Below are positions 40,911 to 51,559 of a stretch of 64,000 bases of DNA, piece by piece. Source of the DNA: an uncultured bacterium (GTDB lineage Bacteria > Oederibacteriota > Oederibacteriia > Oederibacteriales > Oederibacteriaceae); the NCBI GenBank assembly GCA_965112635.1, contig OZ218778.1, positions 243,666-307,665 on the forward strand. The letters run 5' to 3'. Numbering within the stretch: position 1 is the first letter of the stretch; every line of letters starts with the position of its first letter. The translations under genes were made by a program, and so were the position numbers. The notes beneath the pieces are model-generated. The model did no database searches. It was not told the DNA's origin and saw only the letters and a list, made by a program, of their open reading frames with translations.

Positions 40911-42428
40911 ATGAAATCGTACTATATCGGAGTGGATTGCGGGACCCAGAGCACCAAGGCAGTGGTCATGGACGGCCAAACCGGGGCCATCCTGGGGAGT
41001 GCCAGCGAGACTTATGACCTCATCCCCGGCCTTCCTGCCGGCCACAAAGAGCAGCACCCCGAGACTTGGATAAAAGCGGTCAAGCACTGCGTCCAAAAAG
41101 CCGTGAAACTTTCCCATGTGGACCGCAATAAGATAAAAGGCATAGGTATTTCCGGCCAGCAGCACGGTTTTGTGGCCCTCGACAAGGACGACCGGGTCAT
41201 CCGTCCGGCCAAACTTTGGTGCGACACCAGCACCATCAGCCAATGCCATACCATCACCCGCAAGGTCGGCGGCGAAGACAAAGTCATCCAGCTGACGGGC
41301 AACACAATTTCAGCCGGCTTTACCGCTCCCAAGATCCTCTGGCTCAAGGAAAAGGAACCCAAAAATTTTGGCCACTTGGCCTGCGTGATGCTTCCTCATG
41401 ATTATATTAATTTCTGGTTGACCGGCGAAAAGATCATGGAGCCAGGGGATGCCTCAGGCACCGCCATGTTTGATGTCAAAAAACGGTCCTGGTCGGACAA
41501 GGTCGTCCGGGTGGTTGACTCCAGGCTGTCCACCAAACTCCCTCCAGTCGCCAAAACCTACCAGTCCATCGCTACCTTGCGGCCTGGGGTGGCTAAAGAA
41601 CTGGGGCTCTCGCCTGATGTCCAGGTCAGCCCCGGCGGCGGCGACAATATGATGGGAGCCATCGGCACCGGCAATGTGGAGCCGGGTATGGTCACAGCCA
41701 GTCTGGGTACATCCGGCACCATCTATGCCTATTCCCCTAAACCCATGGTGGACCCGCGGGGAGAGATCGCTGGGTTCTGCGACAGCACCGGCCACTGGCT
41801 GCCCCTTCTTTGCACTCTGAGCGTGACCGTCTCCACCGAGCTGGCTAAAAAAGCTTTCCAGCTGGGCAATGACGCCTTGACCAAAACCGTGGCCAGGGTG
41901 CCAGCCGGAGCCGGCGGCCTCCTGCTGCTCCCCTATTTTGAGGGCGAACGCACCCCCAACCTGCCCGAAGCCACCGGAGTGTATTTTGGCCTCAGGGAAA
42001 AGACTTTCCAGCCTGCCGTGATGGCCCGGGCCGCTATGGAAGGCGCGACCCTGGGCATGAACTACGGCCTCAACCGGATGAAAGCCCTGGGTATCCGGCC
42101 CAGGCAGATACGCTTGATTGGCGGCGGGTCAAAAAATCCGGTGTGGCGGCAGATGGCCGCGGACATCTTCAACGTGGAAGTGGTCAGTATGGTCCAAGCC
42201 GAAGGCGCGGCCTTTGGCGGGGCGCTGCAAGCCCAGTGGTGCTGTGAAAAAACCAGCCTCCCGGCTCTGTGTCAGCGGTTTGTCCAAACAGACAGCAGGA
42301 CCAAATGTGTCCCGGACAAAAAAAAGGCAGCCCTTTATCAGGAGCTGCAGCATATCCATAACGCCCTGTCCGCCAGTCTAAAACCGGCCTTCCATCTCCA
42401 CCGCCGTTTTTTAGAGAAGCACGGTTAA
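40911..42428 (+). CDS. FGGY-family carbohydrate kinase (xylulokinase-like)
   Basis: 505-aa ORF with N-terminal YYIGVDCGTQSTKAVV. Confidence 0.85.
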   Translation: MKSYYIGVDCGTQSTKAVVMDGQTGAILGSASETYDLIPGLPAGHKEQHPETWIKAVKHCVQKAVKLSHVDRNKIKGIGISGQQHGFVALDKDDRVIRPAKLWCDTSTISQCHTITRKVGGEDKVIQLTGNTISAGFTAPKILWLKEKEPKNFGHLACVMLPHDYINFWLTGEKIMEPGDASGTAMFDVKKRSWSDKVVRVVDSRLSTKLPPVAKTYQSIATLRPGVAKELGLSPDVQVSPGGGDNMMGAIGTGNVEPGMVTASLGTSGTIYAYSPKPMVDPRGEIAGFCDSTGHWLPLLCTLSVTVSTELAKKAFQLGNDALTKTVARVPAGAGGLLLLPYFEGERTPNLPEATGVYFGLREKTFQPAVMARAAMEGATLGMNYGLNRMKALGIRPRQIRLIGGGSKNPVWRQMAADIFNVEVVSMVQAEGAAFGGALQAQWCCEKTSLPALCQRFVQTDSRTKCVPDKKKAALYQELQHIHNALSASLKPAFHLHRRFLEKHG

Positions 42429-42453
42429 GCAGGCAAAAACACCTTTCCGCGCC

Positions 42454-42849
42454 CTAGACACAGACTGTTTCCCCAATACCCAGCAGGTCTTTGACCTGAT
42501 CGATAAAACTCCTATTATCTATGGGCTTGGAAATATAGGAGTCAAACCCGGCTGCCCATATCTTTTCCTGTTCGTCTCTCATAGCCAGGGCAGTCAGGGC
42601 CACGACCTTCACGCCCGCGGTCCTTTGCTCACCCCGGATCCGCTTAAAAATGGTAAAGCCGTCCACCTCCGGCAGATTGATATCCAGCAGGACGAGGTCG
42701 GGGACACAGCTTTCCAGCACCCGGAAGCACTCCTCCGCGTTGAACGCCTTCAGCACCCTGAGCCCCTGCATTTCCAGCAGGGCCTCGGCAAGCCTCATAT
42801 TCGCTTCATCATCCTCTACCATCAATACTGTTTTGCTTTGCGTGAACAT
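42454..42849 (-). CDS. single-domain response regulator (receiver only)
   Basis: 131-aa CheY-like receiver (LMVEDDE, LLDINLPEVDG, YISKP). Confidence 0.8.
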   Translation of the reverse strand: MFTQSKTVLMVEDDEANMRLAEALLEMQGLRVLKAFNAEECFRVLESCVPDLVLLDINLPEVDGFTIFKRIRGEQRTAGVKVVALTALAMRDEQEKIWAAGFDSYISKPIDNRSFIDQVKDLLGIGETVCV

Positions 42850-45022
42850 GAACTCCTCCTTGTAGGATCAAAATTCTTTCCGCAGTTTCCGTGCCGCAAA
42901 CTTCTCCCGGTGCCGGCTGCGGCCTGACTGCGCTGAGATCCGGTAAAGCTAAATAAAACCGGGAACCCTTGTCTTTGCCCTTGCTCTCGCACCACAACCG
43001 GCCTTTCTGCATATCCGCTATTTTCTTGGAAAGCGCCAGGCCCAGCCCCGTGCCTCCATACTGGCGGTTGAGGCCGCCCTGGACCTGTTCAAATTCATTA
43101 AATATCCTGAGCTTGTCTTTTTCTTCGATACCGATGCCCGTATCCTCAACGCAGATGCTTATCTCCCCGTTGTTTCCGCCCGCGGTCAGGCGGATCTCCC
43201 CGCCTTCCGGGGTGAATTTGACCGCGTTGGAGAGCAGGTTATTGACCACCTGCTTTATCATGCGTTCATCCGCATAAACAACGCCCGCTTCCCTGGCCAC
43301 CTGCAAAGAAACTTTGATCCTCTTTTTCTGGATCTTATCCGTCACCATCATCAGACTGGACTCCAGGAGCTTTCTGAGATCCACCTCGCTCGCCTCCGAG
43401 GTCACTTTGCCGGTCTCTATCTTGTTCAGGTCCAGAATATCGTTGATCAGGGAAAGCAGATGCTTGCCGCTATCGTAGATATTTAGGGCATACTCGGACT
43501 GCTTAGCGGTCAGCGGCCCGACATCGCCCGACTTCATCATGTCCGAAAACCCGATGATGGCATTAAGGGGAGTTCGTAATTCATGGGACATCGTGGCCAG
43601 GAAAGCCGACTTGGCCCGGTTGGCGGATTCGGCCGTTTCACGGCCCAGATTGGCCTCTTCAATTTTTTTGCTCAAGGTGATATCCCTGACCGTGGCCTGC
43701 AGGAATTGCTTACCCTCCAGTTCCATGCGGGTCAGAAGTACGGTAGCGGGGAAATCCTCGCCGTTTATCCGTTTGTGTGTCCACTCAAATAGGTTATTTC
43801 CCTCCCGCATCGCTTTTTCGATCATTTCCTTGGCCTTTTCGCCGGATGGCCGGCCGTCCGGCTGTTTTTCCGGGGATAACTTACCCGGTCTGTAGGAATT
43901 AAAATCCTTTGAGTCCTTTGCTCCGAACATCCTGACCGTTTCCGGATTTCCTGAGGTGAAATTCCAGTCAGGCGGCTTCAGGGTCATCAGGGCGTCGCTG
44001 GAATATTCAAATAGATAACGGTATCTTTCTTCGCTTTTTCTCAGGGATTCTTCCATGGTTCGGCGGGAGGTGGCGTCACGGAATATCCCCATCATATACT
44101 GCTTGCCTTCCAGTTCGATTTGGTGGGAACTGATATCCGCGTAAATAAGGGAGCCATCCTTTCGTTTAAAAGGCACATCTGTTTCCATCAAAACCTGGTT
44201 TTTGGGGCCTTTATCAAATCTTTCCGCGGCACTCCCAAAAGCCTGGGGAGGATGGATATCCCTGACGCCCATGCGAGTCAATTCCTCATGCCCGTAGGCC
44301 AGGAGTTGGCCCATGCTCTGGTTCGCGTCAAATATTTTCATGGTTTGGGGGTCCACCAGCATGATGCCGTCCGAGGCATGGTCAAAAATGGCCTTGAACT
44401 TGCCTTCCCCCAGGCTCAAGGCTTTGCTGGTCCTGTTCCGCTCGGTGAGGACCATCCTTTGGGCGATAAGAAAACCAATAAAGACGAAGAACCCGACCAC
44501 CCCAAAGACATTGTTCCGGGCCTGGATGTTTTTTTGCATCGTGGAAACGAACAGCGACCTGATAGTGTTCCTCAAGGTGAAAGCATTTTTGAATACTTCA
44601 TCGGCCTGCCGGGGACCCGGTTGTTCCAAAGTCCCTGGGGTGGCTGCGCCATATTGGACCGGCGTATCCTGGATCCACAGGGGGGACATACCGGACAGGG
44701 TGGCCTCAAAGTTTTTTTGGACTTTTTGCAGGAGCGCCTTGTCCTGGGCGCTGGTAAAACTTTTGAGGGCTGTAGCCAGCAGGCCCTCTAAAGTGCTGGT
44801 TTTTTTATCCCACTCGGTTTTTAGTTGCTGGCTGGGATACAGCAGGTACCTGGCCCTCAGGACGATCCTGGCCGAAACCGTGTTGCTCATTTCATCGGCG
44901 AGCTGGAGGTTCCGGCTGGCCAGGGTAATATCCCTCAGGGTCCAGGCCAGGGCCAGGAGCATGAGCACGACCCCTCCCGCATATATCCATCCATTGTCTT
45001 TCATCCATTTATCCATCCTCAT
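42809..45022 (-). CDS. membrane-anchored PAS sensor histidine kinase
   Basis: N-terminal TM, PAS domains, H-box SHELRTPLNAI, HATPase motifs. Confidence 0.8.
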   Translation of the reverse strand: MRMDKWMKDNGWIYAGGVVLMLLALAWTLRDITLASRNLQLADEMSNTVSARIVLRARYLLYPSQQLKTEWDKKTSTLEGLLATALKSFTSAQDKALLQKVQKNFEATLSGMSPLWIQDTPVQYGAATPGTLEQPGPRQADEVFKNAFTLRNTIRSLFVSTMQKNIQARNNVFGVVGFFVFIGFLIAQRMVLTERNRTSKALSLGEGKFKAIFDHASDGIMLVDPQTMKIFDANQSMGQLLAYGHEELTRMGVRDIHPPQAFGSAAERFDKGPKNQVLMETDVPFKRKDGSLIYADISSHQIELEGKQYMMGIFRDATSRRTMEESLRKSEERYRYLFEYSSDALMTLKPPDWNFTSGNPETVRMFGAKDSKDFNSYRPGKLSPEKQPDGRPSGEKAKEMIEKAMREGNNLFEWTHKRINGEDFPATVLLTRMELEGKQFLQATVRDITLSKKIEEANLGRETAESANRAKSAFLATMSHELRTPLNAIIGFSDMMKSGDVGPLTAKQSEYALNIYDSGKHLLSLINDILDLNKIETGKVTSEASEVDLRKLLESSLMMVTDKIQKKRIKVSLQVAREAGVVYADERMIKQVVNNLLSNAVKFTPEGGEIRLTAGGNNGEISICVEDTGIGIEEKDKLRIFNEFEQVQGGLNRQYGGTGLGLALSKKIADMQKGRLWCESKGKDKGSRFYLALPDLSAVRPQPAPGEVCGTETAERILILQGGVHVHAKQNSIDGRG

Positions 45023-45065
45023 ATTCCTGTCCCCCTTCCCAAAATAGCCATGACCCTTTGATGCA

Positions 45066-46631
45066 TCATTGGAATTCTTCCTTACCGGCCATCACCATCT
45101 GGAAGGCCTTGGCCTCTTCCCGGCGGCCTAAAGAAATCAGCGGTTTAACAAAGGAAAAAATGGTCTTTTTTTCACTGGCCGCAGCCAGGGGCAGGCTAAA
45201 ACTTATGGAATTGTCCCCCTTGGAGGGAAAATCCACCTTGATTTCGCCCTGATGCGACTCCACGATCCTCTTGGCTATGGCCAGCCCCAGGCCTATGCCC
45301 GGGATATCGCCCGCGCCCTCTTTGTCCACCTGATAAAAAGTGTCAAAGATCTTCTGCCGTTCCTCGCAGGGTATGCCGGGGCCGTTATCGCCCACAGAGA
45401 ACCTGACCAGGCCTTGCTCCTGCCTGGCCGTGAAAGTGAGCTTGACTATCTTTTGGTCGTTGAATTTCACGGCGTTCTCAATGAGGTTGCTCAACAGTAT
45501 CTCCAGCATCACCGGGCTGAGCCGCAGCCCCACCATGCTGCCCGGCAGGTCGAATGTGTATTCGATCTCTTTATCCGTATGCTTTTTGAGGATGGCCTTC
45601 ACGATTCCCTCTATCCGGTCCATATACACAGAGCCCTCTCCGACACCTTTGCCCCCGTAACGGGCCGCCGTGTCCACATTGACAAAATCCGTTATTTTTT
45701 CCATCACCTTTGAAAACTCGGCCAATCTTTTCATCGTGGCCTCTGCGGAGTCCCTGAGCCGGGTATTTTTCATGGCCACAAAGGCCTCTTTCATCTGGGC
45801 CAAATGGCCCAGGCTCAGGTTCAGGGGAGCATGCACTTTTTGGGCGATAAGGTTGAGAAAATTTGCTTTCCGGTGCTTTTCTCCCCTCTGTTCCGTCACG
45901 TCATGCAAAATGATGACCACGCTGGTTGTCCTGCCCTGGCTGTCCCTGATCACCCTGGAACTGAAACTAAGTATCAGCGGCCAGTAGGTGGGGAACTCGG
46001 GCCGCTCCAGGTCAAAATCAAGGTCGTCAATGACCAGGTCGGTCTTCAGCTCGCCTTCATAATGGACCTTAAAGGTCTGGTGCAGGCGGTCCAGCCAGTC
46101 CGGGGACGGCTCCACAAAGCTCAGCAGCTCCCGGGCCAGCTGGTTGGACCGGACGATCCTCAGGTCCGCGTCGCAGACGATCAACCCTTCACTGGCCCGC
46201 TCAATGACCTTTTCCAGCTTTTTCTTTTCATCCACCCGGGAGCGTTCATTGTGGAGCTGGAGGAGCGTCTTGACCTTGGCCAGCACTTCATTGATATCAA
46301 AAGGCTTGGAAATAAAATCATCGCATCCCGCCTCTATCCCGGAGATCCGGGCGCTGGTTTCGGCCAGCGCCGTGATCATCACCACGGGCAGCGTCTTAGT
46401 GCTTTCCGCGGCCCGGATCTTCCGCGTCACCTCGAAACCATCCATATCCGGCATCATCACGTCCAGCAGGACCAGGTCTATTTTTTCATAGGTGAGTTTC
46501 CTTAGGGCCTGCCCCCCGTTTTCCGCGGTGACGACCTCGTAACCCTTGGACTTGAACAAAGTGGCCAGGAGCTCCACATTAAGGGGCTCGTCGTCCACCA
46601 CCAAAATCGTGGTTTTTTCAACTATATTCAT
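45066..46631 (-). CDS. receiver-PAS-histidine-kinase-like fusion protein
   Basis: N-terminal receiver (ILVVDDEP, LLDVMMPDMDG), central PAS, C-terminal HATPase-like domain; ATG 46631 overlaps upstream stop (ATGA). Confidence 0.75.
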   Translation of the reverse strand: MNIVEKTTILVVDDEPLNVELLATLFKSKGYEVVTAENGGQALRKLTYEKIDLVLLDVMMPDMDGFEVTRKIRAAESTKTLPVVMITALAETSARISGIEAGCDDFISKPFDINEVLAKVKTLLQLHNERSRVDEKKKLEKVIERASEGLIVCDADLRIVRSNQLARELLSFVEPSPDWLDRLHQTFKVHYEGELKTDLVIDDLDFDLERPEFPTYWPLILSFSSRVIRDSQGRTTSVVIILHDVTEQRGEKHRKANFLNLIAQKVHAPLNLSLGHLAQMKEAFVAMKNTRLRDSAEATMKRLAEFSKVMEKITDFVNVDTAARYGGKGVGEGSVYMDRIEGIVKAILKKHTDKEIEYTFDLPGSMVGLRLSPVMLEILLSNLIENAVKFNDQKIVKLTFTARQEQGLVRFSVGDNGPGIPCEERQKIFDTFYQVDKEGAGDIPGIGLGLAIAKRIVESHQGEIKVDFPSKGDNSISFSLPLAAASEKKTIFSFVKPLISLGRREEAKAFQMVMAGKEEFQ

Positions 46632-48103
46632 TGCTTTTCCTTCTCCTGACAGCAAGTTGCCTCAAAAATACCGGCGAGCATCCGGCCTTTCTCGTCGGCA
46701 TCTCCCGGCTGGTAGCTTTTGCCCGATACCCCGGACCGGCCCACGGGCAGATGGATATAAAAAATGGTCCCCTGTTCCTGGGATGTTTTATAAAAGATAT
46801 GACCCTTGTGCGCTTCCACGATCTCCCGGCAGATGGACAGCCCCAGTCCCGCGGCCCGCTCCGCGGTTTTGGTGGTAAAGAACGGCTCAAATATCCTGCC
46901 GCGTATCTCCTCCGCGATGCCCGGACCCCTGTCCTTGACGCTGATTTGGACCTTGTCCTCGCCCAGATGGTCGGCCGCCAGCGAGGTCCTTATTTCTATG
47001 ATGCCATCCTTTTGAACGAGCGAGATGGCCTGGGCCGCGTTGTGGATGAGATTAAGGAAGACCTGCTGCATCTTCAGCTCATCGCAGCGGACCGGGGGCA
47101 GGTCCAAGGCCGGTTCAAAGACCAGTTTGATGCCGTGCATGGTCAGGATATTCTGGACGATCTGGATGCTCCGCCTCAGGCAAAGGTTGATGTCCAATGT
47201 CTCCAGGCCGGGCTCATTGTTCACGGACAGGCTGATGGTCCGCTTGACCATCACCTGGCACTGGGTCCCTTCGCGGATGATGTTGTCCGCGGCTAGCATC
47301 CTGCCCTCCGGGCCCAGGTATTCCTGCTGGAATTTTTCCGCCTCCCGGACCATCAGGGTCAGGGAATCATTGACGCTCTCGGCCATGCCGTGCAGTATTT
47401 CCCCCAGGGTGGCCATGCGCTGGGTGCGGTCCAGCCGGACCTGCGCCATCTTCACTTCCCTGGTCAGCTTCTCGCTGAGCTGGCGGCTGTTCTCGGACTG
47501 CTTCCTGAACCCGCGTTCCTGCTCCATCAGGAAGCTGTAGAAGATGGTCAGGACAAAGATAAAGGGGATGCGTATCAAAAAGGTCGTCTCCATCAGGCTC
47601 TGGCTCATGATGCCCGTGGAATGCAGGACCATCAGCGCGTACACGCCCGAGACGACCCCAGCGATCAGGAGGTTTTCCAGCAGGTTGCGCCCAATGGCCA
47701 CCATAAAGATAAGGAGGAAATAGGCCAGGTAAAGGTCGGTATCAAATTTACGGAGCAGGAGGATGGCCAGGGTGATGACAGCCGTGTCAAAAATGAACAG
47801 CACCAGGTTTTGCCAGGCCTGGTCAAAACGCGCCAGCCTGGAAACAGTCACCCAGATATTGGACGCGGCGTAGCAGGTCAGCAGAAGGGCCAGTAGAACC
47901 AAGTTCCAAAAATGCATTCCCCGGCCGGCGTAGATCATAAAAAGGGTGAGGGTCAGGAGCACCATCCAGCGGAGCATGAGGATGGCCCGCTTGGTACCCT
48001 GGCTGCCTTCCTGCTTCACGGTCATGCCTCGGAACAACTTAAGGGCCTGTTCACGGGCTCCATACAGGACACCCTTCAGCCGACTTGCCAAAACCTGTTC
48101 CAT
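46628..48103 (-). CDS. sensor histidine kinase with polytopic membrane N-terminal domain
   Basis: ~5 TM helices then HisKA/HATPase (NLIHNAAQA, DRGPGI, GLGLSI). Confidence 0.8.
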   Translation of the reverse strand: MEQVLASRLKGVLYGAREQALKLFRGMTVKQEGSQGTKRAILMLRWMVLLTLTLFMIYAGRGMHFWNLVLLALLLTCYAASNIWVTVSRLARFDQAWQNLVLFIFDTAVITLAILLLRKFDTDLYLAYFLLIFMVAIGRNLLENLLIAGVVSGVYALMVLHSTGIMSQSLMETTFLIRIPFIFVLTIFYSFLMEQERGFRKQSENSRQLSEKLTREVKMAQVRLDRTQRMATLGEILHGMAESVNDSLTLMVREAEKFQQEYLGPEGRMLAADNIIREGTQCQVMVKRTISLSVNNEPGLETLDINLCLRRSIQIVQNILTMHGIKLVFEPALDLPPVRCDELKMQQVFLNLIHNAAQAISLVQKDGIIEIRTSLAADHLGEDKVQISVKDRGPGIAEEIRGRIFEPFFTTKTAERAAGLGLSICREIVEAHKGHIFYKTSQEQGTIFYIHLPVGRSGVSGKSYQPGDADEKGRMLAGIFEATCCQEKEKQ

Positions 48104-48369
48104 ACTGCCTCCCCCTTCGCATGCGAATGGTTAACAACATAGTCAACACTATCATTTGCGGGATAAAGGCAGAAGGAGCCAGGGCTGTAAATACATTGAT
48201 TTTTAAAGGGTAATTAGCTGTCCTGGAGCAGGAGATAATTGGAGTATTGTTGAGAAAAAGCTATTTCATACCTCATTTCAGCAAGTACCCCTTTTTGTCC
48301 ACTTGATGAAATGAGCCTACCACCCCATTTTCTCTGTTCAATGTTGTTTCTCTAGTTCAGGGTTCTGAC

Positions 48370-49950
48370 TGGGGAACGGGGAAGGGGGATTGTTAAACAG
48401 CTGGTTGCTCAGGCATACAGGGCTTTGTGGACCGCGGCGAGCATGGTTTCGGACTCGTAGGGCTTGCCCAGGAACCGGTAACCCAGCTTGTCCAATTCGG
48501 GCAGTTCTATCCTGTCGTCCAGATAGCCGCTGCAGACCAGCACCTTGATGCCGGGGTTCTGCCTGCTGACCTCCTCCGCGAGCTGTCTGCCGTCCATGCC
48601 TGGCAGGATCATATCCGTAAAAAGCAGGTTGAATTTTTTCTTTTCTTCTTTAAAAGAGATGAGGGCCTCCTCTGCGTTCTGTGCGGGAAACACAATATAA
48701 CCATGCTTCTGGAGGATGACCGTGCTCAGGGCCAGGTTTTCCGGCTGGTCTTCCACCAGCAATATCCTTTCTCCGGTCCCCCGGCCGTACTCCAGCGCTA
48801 TTTTTTTTGACTCCCTGGGTTCCTCGCTCTTTCTGGTGTCCATAGGGAGCCACACCTTGAACTCCGTGCCCTGACCCGGCTGGCTGGACACATTGATCCA
48901 CCCGTTATGCTGTTTCACGATGCCATAGGTGACCGACAGCCCCAGTCCCGTGCCCTTGCCACGGGTCTTGGTGGTAAAAAAGGGCTCAAATATTTTTGCC
49001 ATGGTTATCGGCTCCATACCCTTCCCGTTGTCTTTGACCGTCAGGCACACGAACTCGCCAACCCGGGCTTCGGATATTTCCAGGGCCTGGCTCTCGCTTA
49101 GAGTGCAGTTGCAGGTCTGGATGAGCAATTGGCCGCCCTGGGTTATGGCATCCCGGGCATTGACGCAAAGGTTCATCAGGACCTGTTCCATCTGGGTCTG
49201 GTCGGCGTAGATGGCCTGGAGGCCCTTATCCAGCTCCAGTTTCAAAGTAACCTTTTCACCCACTGCCTCTTTGAGCATCTTTTCCATATCCTGGACCACT
49301 AGATTCAAGGAAAGGGACTTGGGGGACAGGTTTTGTTTGCGGCTGAACGCCAGCAGCTGACCGGTCAGGGCAGCGGCTTTTTTACCCGCGCCCTTTACTT
49401 CCTCCAGATAGGATTGGACAGCATCCCGGTCATCTTTTTTGATGAGGGCCAGGTCAGAGTAACCGATAATGACATTAAGCAGGTTGTTGAAATCATGGGC
49501 AATGCCTCCGGCCATCTCCCCGATAGAGGCCAATTTTTGGGCCTGCATCAGGCCCTGTTTCAGGAGTTTAAATTCCGTCACATTGGAGGCTATGGTGGAG
49601 AAACCGATGGCCTGGCCATTTTGTCCTTGAAGCGGGGTTATGGTCAAAGCCACCTGGATGGTCTCCCCGTTCTTGCGCAGGTGCTCGGTCTCAAAATGGG
49701 CAATTTTATGGCCTGCGTTGAGTTGCTCTGTAAGCATCCGCATCTCTTCTTTGCGTTCCGCGGGAACCAGTTGTTCCGCAGACATTCCAATGGCTTCCGC
49801 TGGGGAATAACCATAAATCTTTTCCGCACCCCTGTTCCAGCTCGTGATGAGGTTCGCCAAATCCCTGCTGAATATCGCGTTATCCGAGGATTCCACGATC
49901 GTCGCCAGCAGGCGGTCTTTTTCTTCCGCTTTCCGGCTCTCGGTGATGTC
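48370..49950. repeat. paralogous segment (3' part of hybrid kinase plus ~40 bp of 3' flank) duplicated at ~53130-54710; bounds approximate
   Basis: long near-identical protein stretches ([61 protein letters not shown]) and shared downstream GGGAAGGGGGATTGTTAAACAGCTGG. Confidence 0.6.
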
Positions 49951-51081
49951 CCTGGAAACGGCGAGTAAACCTATGATCTTTTTGTGTTCCGCCCCTTCCC
50001 AGATGGGGGTTTTGACTTCCCAGAACACCCGGCCATTCTCCGAGACGACCTCCTCGGTGGTCTGTTCGCCCTGTAAAACCCGGGCCTCAATGGCCTTGAT
50101 CTGCTCGGCCGCGCCAGTGGGCATCAGTTCGGAGTCCTGACGGCCTATCAATCCCTCCAGGGAACAGCGGAACAGCTCCAGGGTCGCCTTGTTGCCGTAA
50201 ACATACCGGGACTGGGCGTCCTTGAAATAGACATAAACGGGTATCTGGTCCATGATCTCCCGGAAACGCTGGGCTTCGTCCAGAGCCCTGAGCAGTTTCA
50301 ACTCCTCCTGCTTGCGTTCGGTGATGTCCTCGGATATGCCCAGCAAATATTTCGTGACCCCATCCTCCCCCCGAATGCAAACCTTGCGGGTATGAAGAAT
50401 CCGTTGGCCTTTCTTGGCTGTCAGGATAAATTCTTCCGGGATATCCAGCATCCCCGCTTCGCCATCCAGCACCTCACGGTCTTTGCTCATGAAATTGGCC
50501 GCCTGTTCAGGAGGGAAAAGGTCCAGGTTATTCCTGCCCAGCAGGTCTTTGCGGTCATATCCCAGGAGTTCCTCGCCCGCGCGGTTGAATATGACGAAAC
50601 GCAGGTCTTTGGACTCTTTGAGGAATATCATGAGCGGAATATTTTCTACGACGGATGCGAAAAGGCTTTTCGATTCCCTCAACTCCCTCTCCGACCGCTT
50701 GCGCTCTATGGCATATCTCAATGAACGGATCAGCAGGGAACCGTCAAATTTCCCTTTAACCAGATAATCTTCCGCGCCCGTATGAAGGGAATCCACAACT
50801 AGTGCTTCATCATCCAGCCCGGTGATCACCACCACCGCGGTCCCGGGGGCATTGCCCAGGATGCTTTTCAGCGTAGTGATCCCCTGACTGTCCGGCAAAT
50901 TAAGGTCTAGTATGAGGCCGTCAAACGAACTCTTGCGTAACTGATCGACCGCGTTATCCAGCGTGCCTACAGTTGATATTTCATACCGGCCGACACCGGC
51001 TTTTTTGACCATTTCCTGGATGAGCCGAGCATCGCCCGGATTGTCCTCGACCAATAATAGTTTTATCTTTGGCTCCTCCAT
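48409..51081 (-). CDS. hybrid sensor histidine kinase (REC, 3x PAS, HisKA, HATPase, REC)
   Basis: 890-aa ORF; N-terminal receiver [11 protein letters not shown]-box [11 protein letters not shown]-terminal receiver [10 protein letters not shown]. Confidence 0.85.
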   Translation of the reverse strand: MEEPKIKLLLVEDNPGDARLIQEMVKKAGVGRYEISTVGTLDNAVDQLRKSSFDGLILDLNLPDSQGITTLKSILGNAPGTAVVVITGLDDEALVVDSLHTGAEDYLVKGKFDGSLLIRSLRYAIERKRSERELRESKSLFASVVENIPLMIFLKESKDLRFVIFNRAGEELLGYDRKDLLGRNNLDLFPPEQAANFMSKDREVLDGEAGMLDIPEEFILTAKKGQRILHTRKVCIRGEDGVTKYLLGISEDITERKQEELKLLRALDEAQRFREIMDQIPVYVYFKDAQSRYVYGNKATLELFRCSLEGLIGRQDSELMPTGAAEQIKAIEARVLQGEQTTEEVVSENGRVFWEVKTPIWEGAEHKKIIGLLAVSRDITESRKAEEKDRLLATIVESSDNAIFSRDLANLITSWNRGAEKIYGYSPAEAIGMSAEQLVPAERKEEMRMLTEQLNAGHKIAHFETEHLRKNGETIQVALTITPLQGQNGQAIGFSTIASNVTEFKLLKQGLMQAQKLASIGEMAGGIAHDFNNLLNVIIGYSDLALIKKDDRDAVQSYLEEVKGAGKKAAALTGQLLAFSRKQNLSPKSLSLNLVVQDMEKMLKEAVGEKVTLKLELDKGLQAIYADQTQMEQVLMNLCVNARDAITQGGQLLIQTCNCTLSESQALEISEARVGEFVCLTVKDNGKGMEPITMAKIFEPFFTTKTRGKGTGLGLSVTYGIVKQHNGWINVSSQPGQGTEFKVWLPMDTRKSEEPRESKKIALEYGRGTGERILLVEDQPENLALSTVILQKHGYIVFPAQNAEEALISFKEEKKKFNLLFTDMILPGMDGRQLAEEVSRQNPGIKVLVCSGYLDDRIELPELDKLGYRFLGKPYESETMLAAVHKALYA

Positions 51082-51094
51082 TTTTTCCTGCGTC

Positions 51095-51544
51095 CTATCC
51101 TTGGAGAGGAAGCTTAACCACGGTCAGCCAGAAATCCTCTATAATTTTAACCACTTTATAAAACTGATTAAAATCCAAAGGTTTGGTGATATAGGCATTG
51201 GCATGAAGATTGTAGCTTTTTATAACATCCTCGTCCGCCTTGGAAACGGTCAAAACCACCACGGGAATGCTTTTCAAGGCCTCATCGGATTTGACCTCTT
51301 TTAGAACTTCCCTGCCGTTCTTCTTGGGGAGATTCAGGTCAAGCAAGACAATGTCCGGGCGGGATAATTTTTCGTATTTTCCCTGCTTCCTAAGATAAGC
51401 CATAGCTTCCACCCCATCCCCTACAACATTCAAAGCATTCCTTATCTTGGCATCCTTGAACGCCTCCTGGATAAGCCGAATATCACCCGGATTGTCCTCC
51501 ACCAGCAGTATTTCTATCGGCTTTCCTATATTATTCATTTCCAT
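51095..51544 (-). CDS. single-domain response regulator of the phytochrome-associated (Rcp-like) CheY type
   Basis: 149-aa receiver ([27 protein letters not shown]). Confidence 0.85.
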   Translation of the reverse strand: MEMNNIGKPIEILLVEDNPGDIRLIQEAFKDAKIRNALNVVGDGVEAMAYLRKQGKYEKLSRPDIVLLDLNLPKKNGREVLKEVKSDEALKSIPVVVLTVSKADEDVIKSYNLHANAYITKPLDFNQFYKVVKIIEDFWLTVVKLPLQG

Positions 51545-51559
51545 TTTCCCCTCCTCCTA